Source: a virus (Duplodnaviria > Caudoviricetes). Taken from it: a DNA stretch of 38,583 nucleotides. Position 1 is the stretch's first letter. Each line of letters opens with the position of its first letter. Positions 17,477-26,307 of this stretch are shown piece after piece. A model generated the notes under the pieces. That model was given only the letters and a program-made list of their open reading frames with translations. It searched no databases and had not been told where the DNA came from. The position numbers and the translations under genes were made by a program. The DNA lies in IMG/VR virus record IMGVR_UViG_3300012942_000023, positions 1 through 38,583 of that record; one strand, given 5' to 3'.

Positions 17477-18645
17477 TCCGCTACCGGTTCGCGTTCCGTG
17501 ACCTGCTGACCGACGATCCGATCGTCGAGCTTCCCCTGTCGGGTGTGAGCTATTCGCGGCGCATCTCCTCGGTCGGCACGTTCCAGGGCTCGCTGACAAT
17601 CCCCATGGACGGCGGATCGAATGATCTCGCGGAGCGGGTGAGGCGAATCTGCCCGCATGTCACTGCCGACGGAGGACGCAATCAGGTGCCGCCCGCCGCG
17701 ATCTACGCATTGCGCTCGGATGGCGGCCCGTTCACGCCGTGGTGGGGCGGCATGGTCGTCAATGTGCAGCTCACCTCGGCCGCGCAGGGCGCGGTGCAGG
17801 TCACGATCGCCGGCAATTCGTGGGAGCAGCATTTGCACCGCGGCTACCTCGAATCCGACATCGATGCGCTGTCGGGCGTGGATCAGTTCGACATTGCCCG
17901 CACCTTATGGCAGGCCAGACAGGATCAGCCCGGCGGCGACATCGGCGTCACCTACGGGACCGAGCTCAGTGGCGTGCTGCGGGACCGCACGCAATACCTC
18001 GTCGCCAACGAGGTCAACCTAGGGGACGCGCTCGACCAATTGGCCAACGTCCTCAACGGATTCGAGTACACCATCGACACCTTCATGGACACCGACGGCT
18101 CGATGGTGAAGCGCCTCCGTCTGGCCTCGGAGATCAGCGGCACCCGATCGAATCTGCCGATCTTCTCCATGTCCCGCAACGGCGGCAACCTGCTGGCCTG
18201 GTCAGCGCAGGAGGACTACACCAGCGGCAATACGGTCTACTACGCTCGGGGCGCGCAGGCCGACGACGGGCTCTCGGCGGACCTCGCCCCGCCCGTCTCG
18301 GACGCTGCGGCGGCCACTGACCTGCTGGCCGCCGGCTGGCCGCGGTACGTCGCATTCGCCGACTACTCGACGGTCTCCTCCCAGAGCGTCCTGGACGACC
18401 ACGCCACCGCGAACCGGGACCTCAACGCGGGCGCGGCCGAGATGTTCACCGCGACTGTGCGCGTCGGCAATTCTGGGTGGACGCCGAACATGCTCGGCAG
18501 CGATCACCGCTTCAAAATCCGCGACGCGATGGGCGATCTAGACTTCACCCGCCGCGTCATCGGCTACACGGTCTCATTGTCCGACACCGGCGCCGAGTCG
18601 ATCGCGTTCGAATTCCAGCCGCCGCCCGCGATCGAGGGAGACTGA
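17473..18645 (+). CDS. Minor tail / baseplate hub protein (Tal-like)
   Basis: GTGA-coupled; ELPLSGVSYSRR..WWGG..DQFDIAR..LANVLNGFEY. Confidence 0.8.
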   Translation: MIRYRFAFRDLLTDDPIVELPLSGVSYSRRISSVGTFQGSLTIPMDGGSNDLAERVRRICPHVTADGGRNQVPPAAIYALRSDGGPFTPWWGGMVVNVQLTSAAQGAVQVTIAGNSWEQHLHRGYLESDIDALSGVDQFDIARTLWQARQDQPGGDIGVTYGTELSGVLRDRTQYLVANEVNLGDALDQLANVLNGFEYTIDTFMDTDGSMVKRLRLASEISGTRSNLPIFSMSRNGGNLLAWSAQEDYTSGNTVYYARGAQADDGLSADLAPPVSDAAAATDLLAAGWPRYVAFADYSTVSSQSVLDDHATANRDLNAGAAEMFTATVRVGNSGWTPNMLGSDHRFKIRDAMGDLDFTRRVIGYTVSLSDTGAESIAFEFQPPPAIEGD

Positions 18646-18646
18646 C

Positions 18647-19177
18647 ATGGCCATCGCGCAGCCAACCGGCTGGATGGCCGACGTCAAATCCCTTGCCAAA
18701 CGGGTCTCCGCGCTGGAGACGCGCTCATTCGGCCGGTCGGGACGGAACTGGGGCAACGGGCGCGCACGCGACGACGACGCGATTGTCATGAGTGACGAGT
18801 CGGGCGACCTCGCCCTCAACACGTGGATCACCGACCAAGGCCCGACCATCAGTGGAATCGTCGTCGCCAACGGCAATTTAGACATCGACATCACGGCCAA
18901 GATGCTGGCCGAAGGCATCACCCCCATTGACCTCTACGTCGGCGCCAACGTCACCGGGCCGACCAATGTGACACCGAGCATGGGCAGCGGTCTCTACATC
19001 CGGTTCGACGCATCTTCAGGGCAGTCTGCGGTGCAGCAAGCCACTTATGGCCTGTGGCTGACCGGTCTGACGCCCGGAACGTACAGCGTCTCATTGGCCT
19101 ATTTCACCGGCTCGATTGGCAGCCCGACGGGCAGCGGGACCGTCTCGGGCCGGGCGCTCAAAGTCCAGCCGTACTGA
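18647..19177 (+). CDS. Minor tail protein
   Basis: Short N-terminal coil LAKRVSALET, then beta-rich with GLTPGTY. Confidence 0.7.
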   Translation: MAIAQPTGWMADVKSLAKRVSALETRSFGRSGRNWGNGRARDDDAIVMSDESGDLALNTWITDQGPTISGIVVANGNLDIDITAKMLAEGITPIDLYVGANVTGPTNVTPSMGSGLYIRFDASSGQSAVQQATYGLWLTGLTPGTYSVSLAYFTGSIGSPTGSGTVSGRALKVQPY

Positions 19178-19201
19178 CAGGAGTCGACGTGTGGACTCGA
19201 T

Positions 19202-19486
19202 ATGTGGATAGCGGCCGACGAGACTCCTCTGCCTGGACCCGTCTGGGCGCAGCTCCTTGGCTTGGTGATCGTCGCGATCGGCGGCATCCTCACCGCTTGG
19301 GTCGCGGCCCGGCGCAAAGACAATCCCGAGGACCAGGTGAAAGCCATGTTCTCTTTCTTGCAGAAGACGATCGCCGATCAGGCCGCGGAGATCGTGCGGC
19401 TGAACAAACTGGTCACGAAGCAGGCCATGGACTGCGCACGCTGCAACGAGCGGCTGCGCAACGTCTTGCGGGGCAAAGATGACTGA
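19202..19486 (+). CDS. Single-TM membrane protein with coiled coil (holin/lysis accessory)
   Basis: TM LLGLVIVAIGGILTAWVAA followed by a heptad-like C-terminus. Confidence 0.7.
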   Translation: MWIAADETPLPGPVWAQLLGLVIVAIGGILTAWVAARRKDNPEDQVKAMFSFLQKTIADQAAEIVRLNKLVTKQAMDCARCNERLRNVLRGKDD

Positions 19487-20396
19487 CGGGGAGAAGATCG
19501 AGGAGACCATGGCCGGGATTGTCGGCGTGGTCCGCGATCAGCAGAAGCGCCGCAAGGTGGAGCGGATCGGCTGGATCATCGGTGCGGCCGCGATCGTCCT
19601 CCTGTCGCTGGTGGTGGTGCAGATCGCCCGTCACCAAGCGAAGGACGACGCGCAGGCCGAGGCGAGGGCGCAGATCGTGGCCGGGCAGCAGCAGACGATC
19701 GCCACGATGCAGGCCCAGATCAAGGTGATCAATTCGGAGCGGGAGAAAGAGGGCCTGCCGCCGATCAAGACGGTCACCCCGACGACACCGCCGTCGTCGG
19801 CCACGAATCAGGCCGAGAATGTGCAGACCATCGCGCAGCTCGCGGCGGCTCTGGTCCCGCCGGGCGAGCAGGGTCCGACCGGCAAGACCGGCAAGGCGGG
19901 CGTGTCGATTGTGTCGGTCACGCAGGCCGGATGCGACGTCGTCATCGGCACGTCGGATGGCCGGACGTACAAGCTGACGAACCTGTGCGGGCCAACGGGC
20001 CCGACTGGTCCGTCGGGCGCTGTGGGGCCGTCTGGGCCGCAGGGCGAGCCGGGTCTCGACGGCGTCGACGGCGCGAACGGCGTCAATGGCGTCGACGGGC
20101 AGCCCGGAGCGACCGGGCCCGCTGGTCCCACTGGCGCTTCCGGACCTGCAGGTCCGTCCGGAGCTGACGGCGCTGCCGGCAAAGACGGGGCGAACGGCAA
20201 AGACGGCCGCGGGATCGCATCGTTTGAATGCGACGCCGATCAGCCCATCTCCATCACCGTGCGCTACGACGACGGCACAAGCCAGACCGTGGAATGCACG
20301 ACGTCCACCACCACGCCGACGACGGTCGCGCCGACCACTGATCCGGCGCCGACCAGCGCTCTGCCGACCCGCAACACGATTCCACCGAGGGGCTGA
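19479..20396 (+). CDS. Membrane-anchored collagen-like protein
   Basis: N-terminal TM helix, coiled coil, ~25 contiguous Gly-X-Y triplets, Thr/Pro-rich tail. Confidence 0.85.
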   Translation: MTDGEKIEETMAGIVGVVRDQQKRRKVERIGWIIGAAAIVLLSLVVVQIARHQAKDDAQAEARAQIVAGQQQTIATMQAQIKVINSEREKEGLPPIKTVTPTTPPSSATNQAENVQTIAQLAAALVPPGEQGPTGKTGKAGVSIVSVTQAGCDVVIGTSDGRTYKLTNLCGPTGPTGPSGAVGPSGPQGEPGLDGVDGANGVNGVDGQPGATGPAGPTGASGPAGPSGADGAAGKDGANGKDGRGIASFECDADQPISITVRYDDGTSQTVECTTSTTTPTTVAPTTDPAPTSALPTRNTIPPRG

Positions 20397-20398
20397 GC

Positions 20399-21331
20399 AT
20401 GACCACTGCGACAGACGTCCTCGCCAAAGCCCGGCTCGACATCGGCTACAACGGCACCGGCACCGAGGATGAGCCCTACAGCAAATTCGGCGCTTGGTAC
20501 GGCATCAACCCCGGCCAGTGGTGCGCCATGGCCGTCTCCTATTGGTTTTCTGAGGCCGGGATGCCGGTCATCCACTACGCCTACTGCCCGACTGGGGTGG
20601 CGATGTTCCAGTCCGGCCAATGGGGCACCTGGCACGGCCCGCAGGAATACCTGCAGCCCGGGGATGTCATCTTCTGGGACTACGGTTTGGGCCGGGCGTC
20701 GCACACCGGCATCTGCGAGATCGGCGGCGGATCAGGCGACCTGATCACTTCGATTCAGGGCAACACCACCGACGCCAGCATCGGGCGGACGGGGAATTGC
20801 TGCCGGCGAAAGCAGCACTACCGCTCCTACATGGTCGGCTTCGGGCGGCCGAAGTTCTCGACCGGCGTCACCACCGTGGACAACTCGACGCCCTCGACAT
20901 CCAGCCAGATCGGCGGCGCGGCCGGGGCGGCGCAATACACCGTCCAGCAGGGAGACACGCTCGCCTCGATCGCCGCCGCGAACCTGATCGCCGACTGGCA
21001 CACCATCTACGACTTGAACAAAGCCCTGATCGGCCCCAACCCGAACGCCATCACGCCCGGGATGCGGCTCACTCTGCGGGCCGTCGAGACCACACCACCC
21101 GAACAACCACCCGAAGAAGAGGACGACGACATGCAAGTCCTAGTGATCCTCACCGAAAAGACCGGCATCTCCTACACGACGCCCTCGGCGCAGACCAAGG
21201 TGTCGTTCAAATCCGGCGAGGGAATGGCAGCGATCGTCGCCATGGTCAAGGCCGCCGGCGGCAAGGTCATCTACCCGAACCCGCCGATTCCATTCGACCA
21301 AATCAAGATGATCCCAACATCGAAAGGCTGA
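20399..21331 (+). CDS. Endolysin, CHAP amidase + LysM + C-terminal domain
   Basis: WCAMAVS..PGDVIF..SHTGI..IQGNT (CHAP); YTVQQGDTLASIA..NPNAITPGMRL (LysM). Confidence 0.93.
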   Translation: MTTATDVLAKARLDIGYNGTGTEDEPYSKFGAWYGINPGQWCAMAVSYWFSEAGMPVIHYAYCPTGVAMFQSGQWGTWHGPQEYLQPGDVIFWDYGLGRASHTGICEIGGGSGDLITSIQGNTTDASIGRTGNCCRRKQHYRSYMVGFGRPKFSTGVTTVDNSTPSTSSQIGGAAGAAQYTVQQGDTLASIAAANLIADWHTIYDLNKALIGPNPNAITPGMRLTLRAVETTPPEQPPEEEDDDMQVLVILTEKTGISYTTPSAQTKVSFKSGEGMAAIVAMVKAAGGKVIYPNPPIPFDQIKMIPTSKG

Positions 21332-21334
21332 CCG

Positions 21335-21811
21335 ATGATTCTCACTGACGTTCACCTGTGGGCGCTGCTGGGCGTGTTGCTGCCGCCGATAGTCGGCCTC
21401 GTCACCAAAGCTGAGACCAAGTCCGGGATTCAGGGCGCGCTCATGACCGGCCTCGCCGCCGTGCTCGGCGTCATCGTGGAGGGCGTGCAAGCCGAGCAGG
21501 CCGGGACCGGATTCGCGTGGAAAGTCGCGCTCGGCACCGCTCTGGTCGCCTGGATCATCGGGCAGGTGTCGCACGCGGCCGTCTGGTCTCCGACCGGAAT
21601 CGCGAAATTCTTGCAGAAGCTCGGCTTCTCACAGTCCGAGCAGGAAGCGGTGATCGCCGACCTCCGCAAGACGCTGGACGACCTGATCGCCGCCGGGCAC
21701 GTCGAGACCGTCAGCCCAGTCACCCTTGGCGCCGCAGCCACCACCGGTCAACCCATCGCCCCGGCGGACCTGCCGCCCAAGGTGACTGACCAGCCCGAGG
21801 CCAGCGCCTGA
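21335..21811 (+). CDS. Holin
   Basis: Three hydrophobic segments (LLPPIVGLVTK...); directly after the endolysin. Confidence 0.8.
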   Translation: MILTDVHLWALLGVLLPPIVGLVTKAETKSGIQGALMTGLAAVLGVIVEGVQAEQAGTGFAWKVALGTALVAWIIGQVSHAAVWSPTGIAKFLQKLGFSQSEQEAVIADLRKTLDDLIAAGHVETVSPVTLGAAATTGQPIAPADLPPKVTDQPEASA

Positions 21812-22362
21812 TGTCCGTCGACTGGGTCACCACACCGGTCTACGGCACGTGGTGGAACGACGACGGCACCCTCAAGGCCGGGACATTCGACATCCGCCTG
21901 ATCTCCCGCGTCACGAATAGCGACGCGGACGGCATCTTCCCGGCGCAGCGATGGAAGTCCGGGGAGCTGGTCACCACCGGCACGCAGTCCCTCTCTGTGC
22001 TGTGCCCGGTCTCGGACGACGCCGCGAACCTGCCGCAAGGATTCAAGCTCTCGGCTCTGATCACCTTCGCCGATGGCTCGCGCCCCGAGCTGTACGTCTT
22101 CGGGCTGCCGTCGTCGCTCAACGGCCTGACGCCGCCCGGCCTGAACCTCCGCTCGATCCAACTCCCCCAAGACGACGTGGAGCAGATCGGGCAGCTAATC
22201 GGCATCCCCGGCGGCGTGGCCCGCCTCGACGCTGACGGGGACGTGGTCGACGCGGCAGGCAACAAAGTCACCGGCGGCGGGAGCTCGATCACCGACAACG
22301 GCGACGGCACCTGGACCTCGGATGGATTCACTGACAACGGCGATGGGACGTGGACGATATGA
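21811..22362 (+). CDS. Putative tail/fibre adaptor protein
   Basis: GVARLDADGDV motif and tandem TDNGDGTWT; TGATG coupled. Confidence 0.6.
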   Translation: MSVDWVTTPVYGTWWNDDGTLKAGTFDIRLISRVTNSDADGIFPAQRWKSGELVTTGTQSLSVLCPVSDDAANLPQGFKLSALITFADGSRPELYVFGLPSSLNGLTPPGLNLRSIQLPQDDVEQIGQLIGIPGGVARLDADGDVVDAAGNKVTGGGSSITDNGDGTWTSDGFTDNGDGTWTI

Positions 22363-23552
22363 GCGTCACCGGATACACCAAGACCAAGACCGACACGCTG
22401 CTCGCGGCGAAGGCCGACAGCGACGACCTCGGCACCGCCGCCACTCACGCGGCCACAGACTTCGCCACGGCAGCGCAAGGTGCGCTCGCAGACTCGGCGG
22501 TGCAACCGGCCGAATTGGCGCCGTACGCGCAGACGGCCGACCTCGGCACGGCGGCGACCGCCGACACAGCCGACTTCGCGACAGCAGCCCAAGGAGCCAA
22601 GGCGGACAGCGCCGTGCAGTCCGTCGTGGCCGGCGACAACGTCACCGTCGACACGACCGACCCAGCGAATCCGGTCATCTCCGCGACCGGCGGCGGGACG
22701 GGCTCAAGCTCGTGGGACGACATCACCGGCAAGCCCGCGGTCATCGCCGCCGGGGCGGACGCTGCGGCGGCGCGAGCCGCCATCGGCGCGGGCACCGGAG
22801 ACGGCACGTCGGACTTCTCGGGCGCGTACGGCGACCTGACGGGCACGCCGACGCTCGGCACCGCTGCCGCAGCGGACACGACAGACTTCGCGACCGCTGC
22901 CCAAGGCGTGAAGGCTGACTCGGCCGTGCAGCCAGCTGGGCTCACGAAGGCCGCGGTCGGCCTCGGCTCGGTCGACAACACCGCGGACGCCGACAAGGCT
23001 GTCCTATCGGCCACGAAGCTCACCACCGCCCGGGCGATCAACGGCGTGGACTTCGACGGCACCGCAGCCATCACCGTCGCGGACTCGACGAAGGTGCCGA
23101 CGACGCGGACCGTCAACGGCAAAGCCCTCTCGTCCGATGTCACGCTCGCGGCGGCCGACGTCTCCGCGGTGCCCACGACCCGCACGGTCAACGGCAAGGC
23201 GCTCAGCGCAGACGTGACGCTCGCGGCCTCGGACGTGTCGGCCGTCCCGACGACCACCACCGTCAACGGCCACGCGCTCTCGGCCAACGTCGTCATCTCG
23301 GCCGACGACCTGACCACCGGCGCCCTGTCGATCGAGCGTCTGCCTGCCGGATCGGACATCACCGTCACCGACACCGCCGGCGTCTGGCCCGACCGGCCGA
23401 CCGCCCGCACCGACATCATCGTCATCTGGCGCACCTACGCAGGCACAGTGCAGCCTGATTCGGCGGTGTCTCCGGCCGTCAATGGCGCCTACGAGCACGA
23501 CGAGGACAACGGCGTGATCGGCGACCTCTACGATTCGGTGGCGACGTCTTGA
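22359..23552 (+). CDS. Tail fibre protein with internal repeats
   Basis: 3x LGTAA..DFATAAQG..ADSAVQ, 3x VPTTxTVNGxALS.., KLTTARAINGVDFDG, WPDRPTARTD. Confidence 0.8.
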   Translation: MSVTGYTKTKTDTLLAAKADSDDLGTAATHAATDFATAAQGALADSAVQPAELAPYAQTADLGTAATADTADFATAAQGAKADSAVQSVVAGDNVTVDTTDPANPVISATGGGTGSSSWDDITGKPAVIAAGADAAAARAAIGAGTGDGTSDFSGAYGDLTGTPTLGTAAAADTTDFATAAQGVKADSAVQPAGLTKAAVGLGSVDNTADADKAVLSATKLTTARAINGVDFDGTAAITVADSTKVPTTRTVNGKALSSDVTLAAADVSAVPTTRTVNGKALSADVTLAASDVSAVPTTTTVNGHALSANVVISADDLTTGALSIERLPAGSDITVTDTAGVWPDRPTARTDIIVIWRTYAGTVQPDSAVSPAVNGAYEHDEDNGVIGDLYDSVATS

Positions 23553-24430
23553 TGACCGTCACCCGGTGGGCGCTGACACCCGGATATTGGCGGTCGCCCG
23601 GCCTCGACCCGGTGGCGGCCACCGCAGCGGGGGCCGGGTACGCCCCGAAGCCCACGGCGCAAAACACCGGGCCAGCGGCCGGGGTCACGCTGACCACGCA
23701 CACCGGGGACTACACGCTCTCGTCGGGCTCGATTTCCGGCCTGCACATCACCGGCAATCTGATCCTCGCCGGATCGAACGTCTCGGCGACGGACTGCCAG
23801 GTGGACGGCGCGATCTTCCCCAACGGTGGATCGTCCGGGCACTACCCGGTCCTCACGAATCAGACGCTGACGCGGGTGGAAGCGACGGAATGCTATTCCA
23901 CCGGCGCGTCGGGGCTGACATTCGACGCCTGCCACTTCGGGGGGATAACCAGCACCTTCATGCAGCTCACCGTCTACACGTACCAGGGAAACGTCATGAC
24001 GTGCTCGGGGGTGACGATCAAAAACTGCCTTTTCGACAACCTTGTGAAGTCGACTGGCATCAAGCACATCGAAGCCCTGCACCTGATGACCGTCACCGAC
24101 AGCCTGATCCAAAACAACGTCTTCAGCCTAGTCGCTCCGGCTGACGGCTATGCGGCGACCAAGAGCCAGATCACCGCGGCCGTCACCGTCGAGAATTACC
24201 AGGGCAACTGCGACAACATCACGTTCGACCACAATTGGCTGATCGGCGGGGGCGTCTACCAGATCTATTGGAATCCGACCAACAGCACCCTGACGAACAA
24301 CATCTTTGACACCGCGACCGACGGCCAGTCGCTCTGCCCGACCGACTACAACCCAGCGAACTCGTTCACTCAATCGGGGAACACCAACAACGGCTCGGCG
24401 GTCACGGTGAACAACGGGAGCCTGTCATGA
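23549..24430 (+). CDS. Parallel beta-helix protein (putative tailspike/depolymerase-like)
   Basis: Asn/Thr-rich repeats VTIKNCLF, SLIQNNVF, NITFDHNWL, TLTNNIF; PTAQNTGP start. Start may be ATG 23552. Confidence 0.65.
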   Translation: MMTVTRWALTPGYWRSPGLDPVAATAAGAGYAPKPTAQNTGPAAGVTLTTHTGDYTLSSGSISGLHITGNLILAGSNVSATDCQVDGAIFPNGGSSGHYPVLTNQTLTRVEATECYSTGASGLTFDACHFGGITSTFMQLTVYTYQGNVMTCSGVTIKNCLFDNLVKSTGIKHIEALHLMTVTDSLIQNNVFSLVAPADGYAATKSQITAAVTVENYQGNCDNITFDHNWLIGGGVYQIYWNPTNSTLTNNIFDTATDGQSLCPTDYNPANSFTQSGNTNNGSAVTVNNGSLS

Positions 24431-25104
24431 GCATCGACTACATCGCCTCCTCGAAGATCGCCGACGACAACTACCAGACCGTCGACATCCCCGTCCCGAC
24501 CGGCTCAGACGCCGACAGCTGGCTGATCATCTGCTGGTTCGCGTCCAACGCGCCCGCCGGCGTCGCGACACCCGCGGGATTCACGAAGCTGCACGCCGGC
24601 GTCCCGGCCAGCTCCGAAACCCACGCCTACTTCGCCGGCCAGACCTCGGGCTCGACCATCACCCTCGCCCTCGCCGACGACAGCACGTGCTGGAGCTCTG
24701 CCCGCTGCACCGCCTACTCCGGCGCGGGCGGGGTCGACGTCTCGGCGTTCGCCGACTCCAGCACGAGCAGCACCACGACCCCGAGCGTCTCCGTCACCAC
24801 CACCGTCGCGGGCACGAAGCTCGTCGTCGCGTCCATCAACGACTCCGCGGCCAACCCGGACGCGCCGACCGGCTTCACCCGTCGCGTCGCCGACTCCTCG
24901 ACACCGATGGTCATCTCCGACAAGGACCAAGCGACCGCGGGCGCGACCGGCAGCATCAGCCAGACGTGGAGCGCCGCCGGCAACAACAGCATCGGCCTCA
25001 TCGCCCTCAAACCCGCCGACTCCGGCGGCGACACCCTCGGCCCCGGACGCTGGGCACTCACCACCGGCGGACTATGGAAACAGATCACCACCACAGCGAT
25101 CTGA
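24427..25104 (+). CDS. Ser/Thr/Ala-rich beta protein, putative virion adhesin
   Basis: Two similar halves (TPAGFT / APTGFT), AYSG, IALKPA; ATGA coupled. Confidence 0.6.
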   Translation: MSIDYIASSKIADDNYQTVDIPVPTGSDADSWLIICWFASNAPAGVATPAGFTKLHAGVPASSETHAYFAGQTSGSTITLALADDSTCWSSARCTAYSGAGGVDVSAFADSSTSSTTTPSVSVTTTVAGTKLVVASINDSAANPDAPTGFTRRVADSSTPMVISDKDQATAGATGSISQTWSAAGNNSIGLIALKPADSGGDTLGPGRWALTTGGLWKQITTTAI

Positions 25105-25108
25105 CCCT

Positions 25109-25190
25109 GGAGAGCACCGCGGGAGGCCGCACACCGCCCCGAAAGCGGCCGGCAGGCGTGAGCCTGGGGGTTCGACTCCTCTGCTCTCCG
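25109..25190 (+). tRNA. Non-canonical tRNA-Ser(CGA)-like gene (8/4 acceptor/T fold, long variable arm, C33)
   Basis: GGAGAGCA/TGCTCTCC acceptor with G discriminator; D arm GCGG-GAGG-CCGC; anticodon arm CCGC-CCCGAAA-GCGG; V arm CAGGC-GTGA-GCCTG; T arm GGGG-TTCGACT-CCTC. Confidence 0.8.
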
Positions 25191-25245
25191 CAGCTAGACT
25201 GGTCTCACCGCGCCATCGGCACAAGCCCCGGCTGCAACCGGGCAC

Positions 25246-25289
25246 AACGAAACGCCCCTCGACCCTCACGGGTTGGGGGGCGCTTCGTT
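25246..25289. terminator. Long hairpin between convergent late and immunity operons (likely bidirectional terminator)
   Basis: AACGAAACGCCCCTCGACCC-TCAC-GGGTTGGGGGGCGCTTCGTT. Confidence 0.75.
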
Positions 25290-25372
25290 CGTTAATCACT
25301 GCACCGCCGGATGCCTCTCCCGACACCGCCGACGCCGGGCCCGAGCCCGAGGCGACAGGGCCAGGATCAGCC

Positions 25373-26296
25373 TCACAGGTGCCACGCCGGCTGCCCAGCG
25401 CCCTCGCACGCGGTCGCCAAGTCGAGGATGTCGCCCACGATCACATCGGCCTCGCCGTCCGTGAGCGCCCCGCCGGACAGGAACTTGGCCGAGTACCGTT
25501 GCCAGTCCGCGGTCAGCGTCCGGCCCGCGTCGCCCACCGGCCCGTCGATCGAGCCGAAGACGGTCGGCAGTTGGTCGAGCGCAGCCCGGTAGTTGGCCTC
25601 GCTGGGATCCGAGCCGAACGCGGTCATCAGGCCGTAGGCCGTGGCGCAGGCGGCGATCGCGGCGGCAGTTGGCGGCGCAGACGGCGACTCGGATGGGGGC
25701 GGAATCCGCACAGCGGCGGTCGAAGCGCTCGCCGGCGCGTGCGCATTCAGTTCAGCGATCAACGAGTCGTCCAATGGAATCATCGCCGATACGTTCGGCA
25801 GGTATTCATCCTTTGAAACGACCAGCTCGGCGGGCGTCGCACAGTCCGAGACCGGCTGGCCGTATCGCCCGTCACCCGGGCGCAAGATGCGGAGATCGCC
25901 GTCGGCGAAGCTCCCGGCAGGAAGATCACCCCAAGCCATATTGTATGACCCGCCTGAGACGCTGCCCCAATCGTTGAATATCTGACCGCAGCGCAAGCCG
26001 ACTGCCGGAAGTTTCACGTCCTCCTTTGAGTGATTCTCGGCCCGGACATCAAGCACGAGCCAGGTACCGGAGTCGTCGCCATCCACACTCGGGTTCGTCA
26101 CAGTGACGGTAACGCCGTCTGCGACCTTTACGGCGTCACCGAGCTTCACCTGGCCCACGTCGGCGAGCAGCTTCGCTTGGGCGCTCGACTGCACCTCGTC
26201 CGCCGGCTTTAACTGGCCATCGTCCGATCCGCCTCCACATCCCCCGATGAGTCCCACCGCTGCCGCGGCTACCAAGACGGCCAATAGCTTTTTCAT
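25373..26296 (-). CDS. Lipoprotein (candidate superinfection-exclusion/moron)
   Basis: GGAGAAG RBS; MKKLLAVLVAAAAVGLIGGC lipobox; Ig-like (DUF4352-like) region, Pro linker, helical C-terminus. It is the 3' part of ORF 25373..27121. Confidence 0.8.
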   Translation of the reverse strand: MKKLLAVLVAAAAVGLIGGCGGGSDDGQLKPADEVQSSAQAKLLADVGQVKLGDAVKVADGVTVTVTNPSVDGDDSGTWLVLDVRAENHSKEDVKLPAVGLRCGQIFNDWGSVSGGSYNMAWGDLPAGSFADGDLRILRPGDGRYGQPVSDCATPAELVVSKDEYLPNVSAMIPLDDSLIAELNAHAPASASTAAVRIPPPSESPSAPPTAAAIAACATAYGLMTAFGSDPSEANYRAALDQLPTVFGSIDGPVGDAGRTLTADWQRYSAKFLSGGALTDGEADVIVGDILDLATACEGAGQPAWHL

Positions 26297-26307
26297 CTTC
26301 TCCCCAT

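Noticed and set aside
25109-25190. Selenocysteine or suppressor tRNA
   Set aside because: The anticodon reads CGA, not TCA or CTA; the D stem is 4 bp; no sel genes or in-frame recoded stops were seen.
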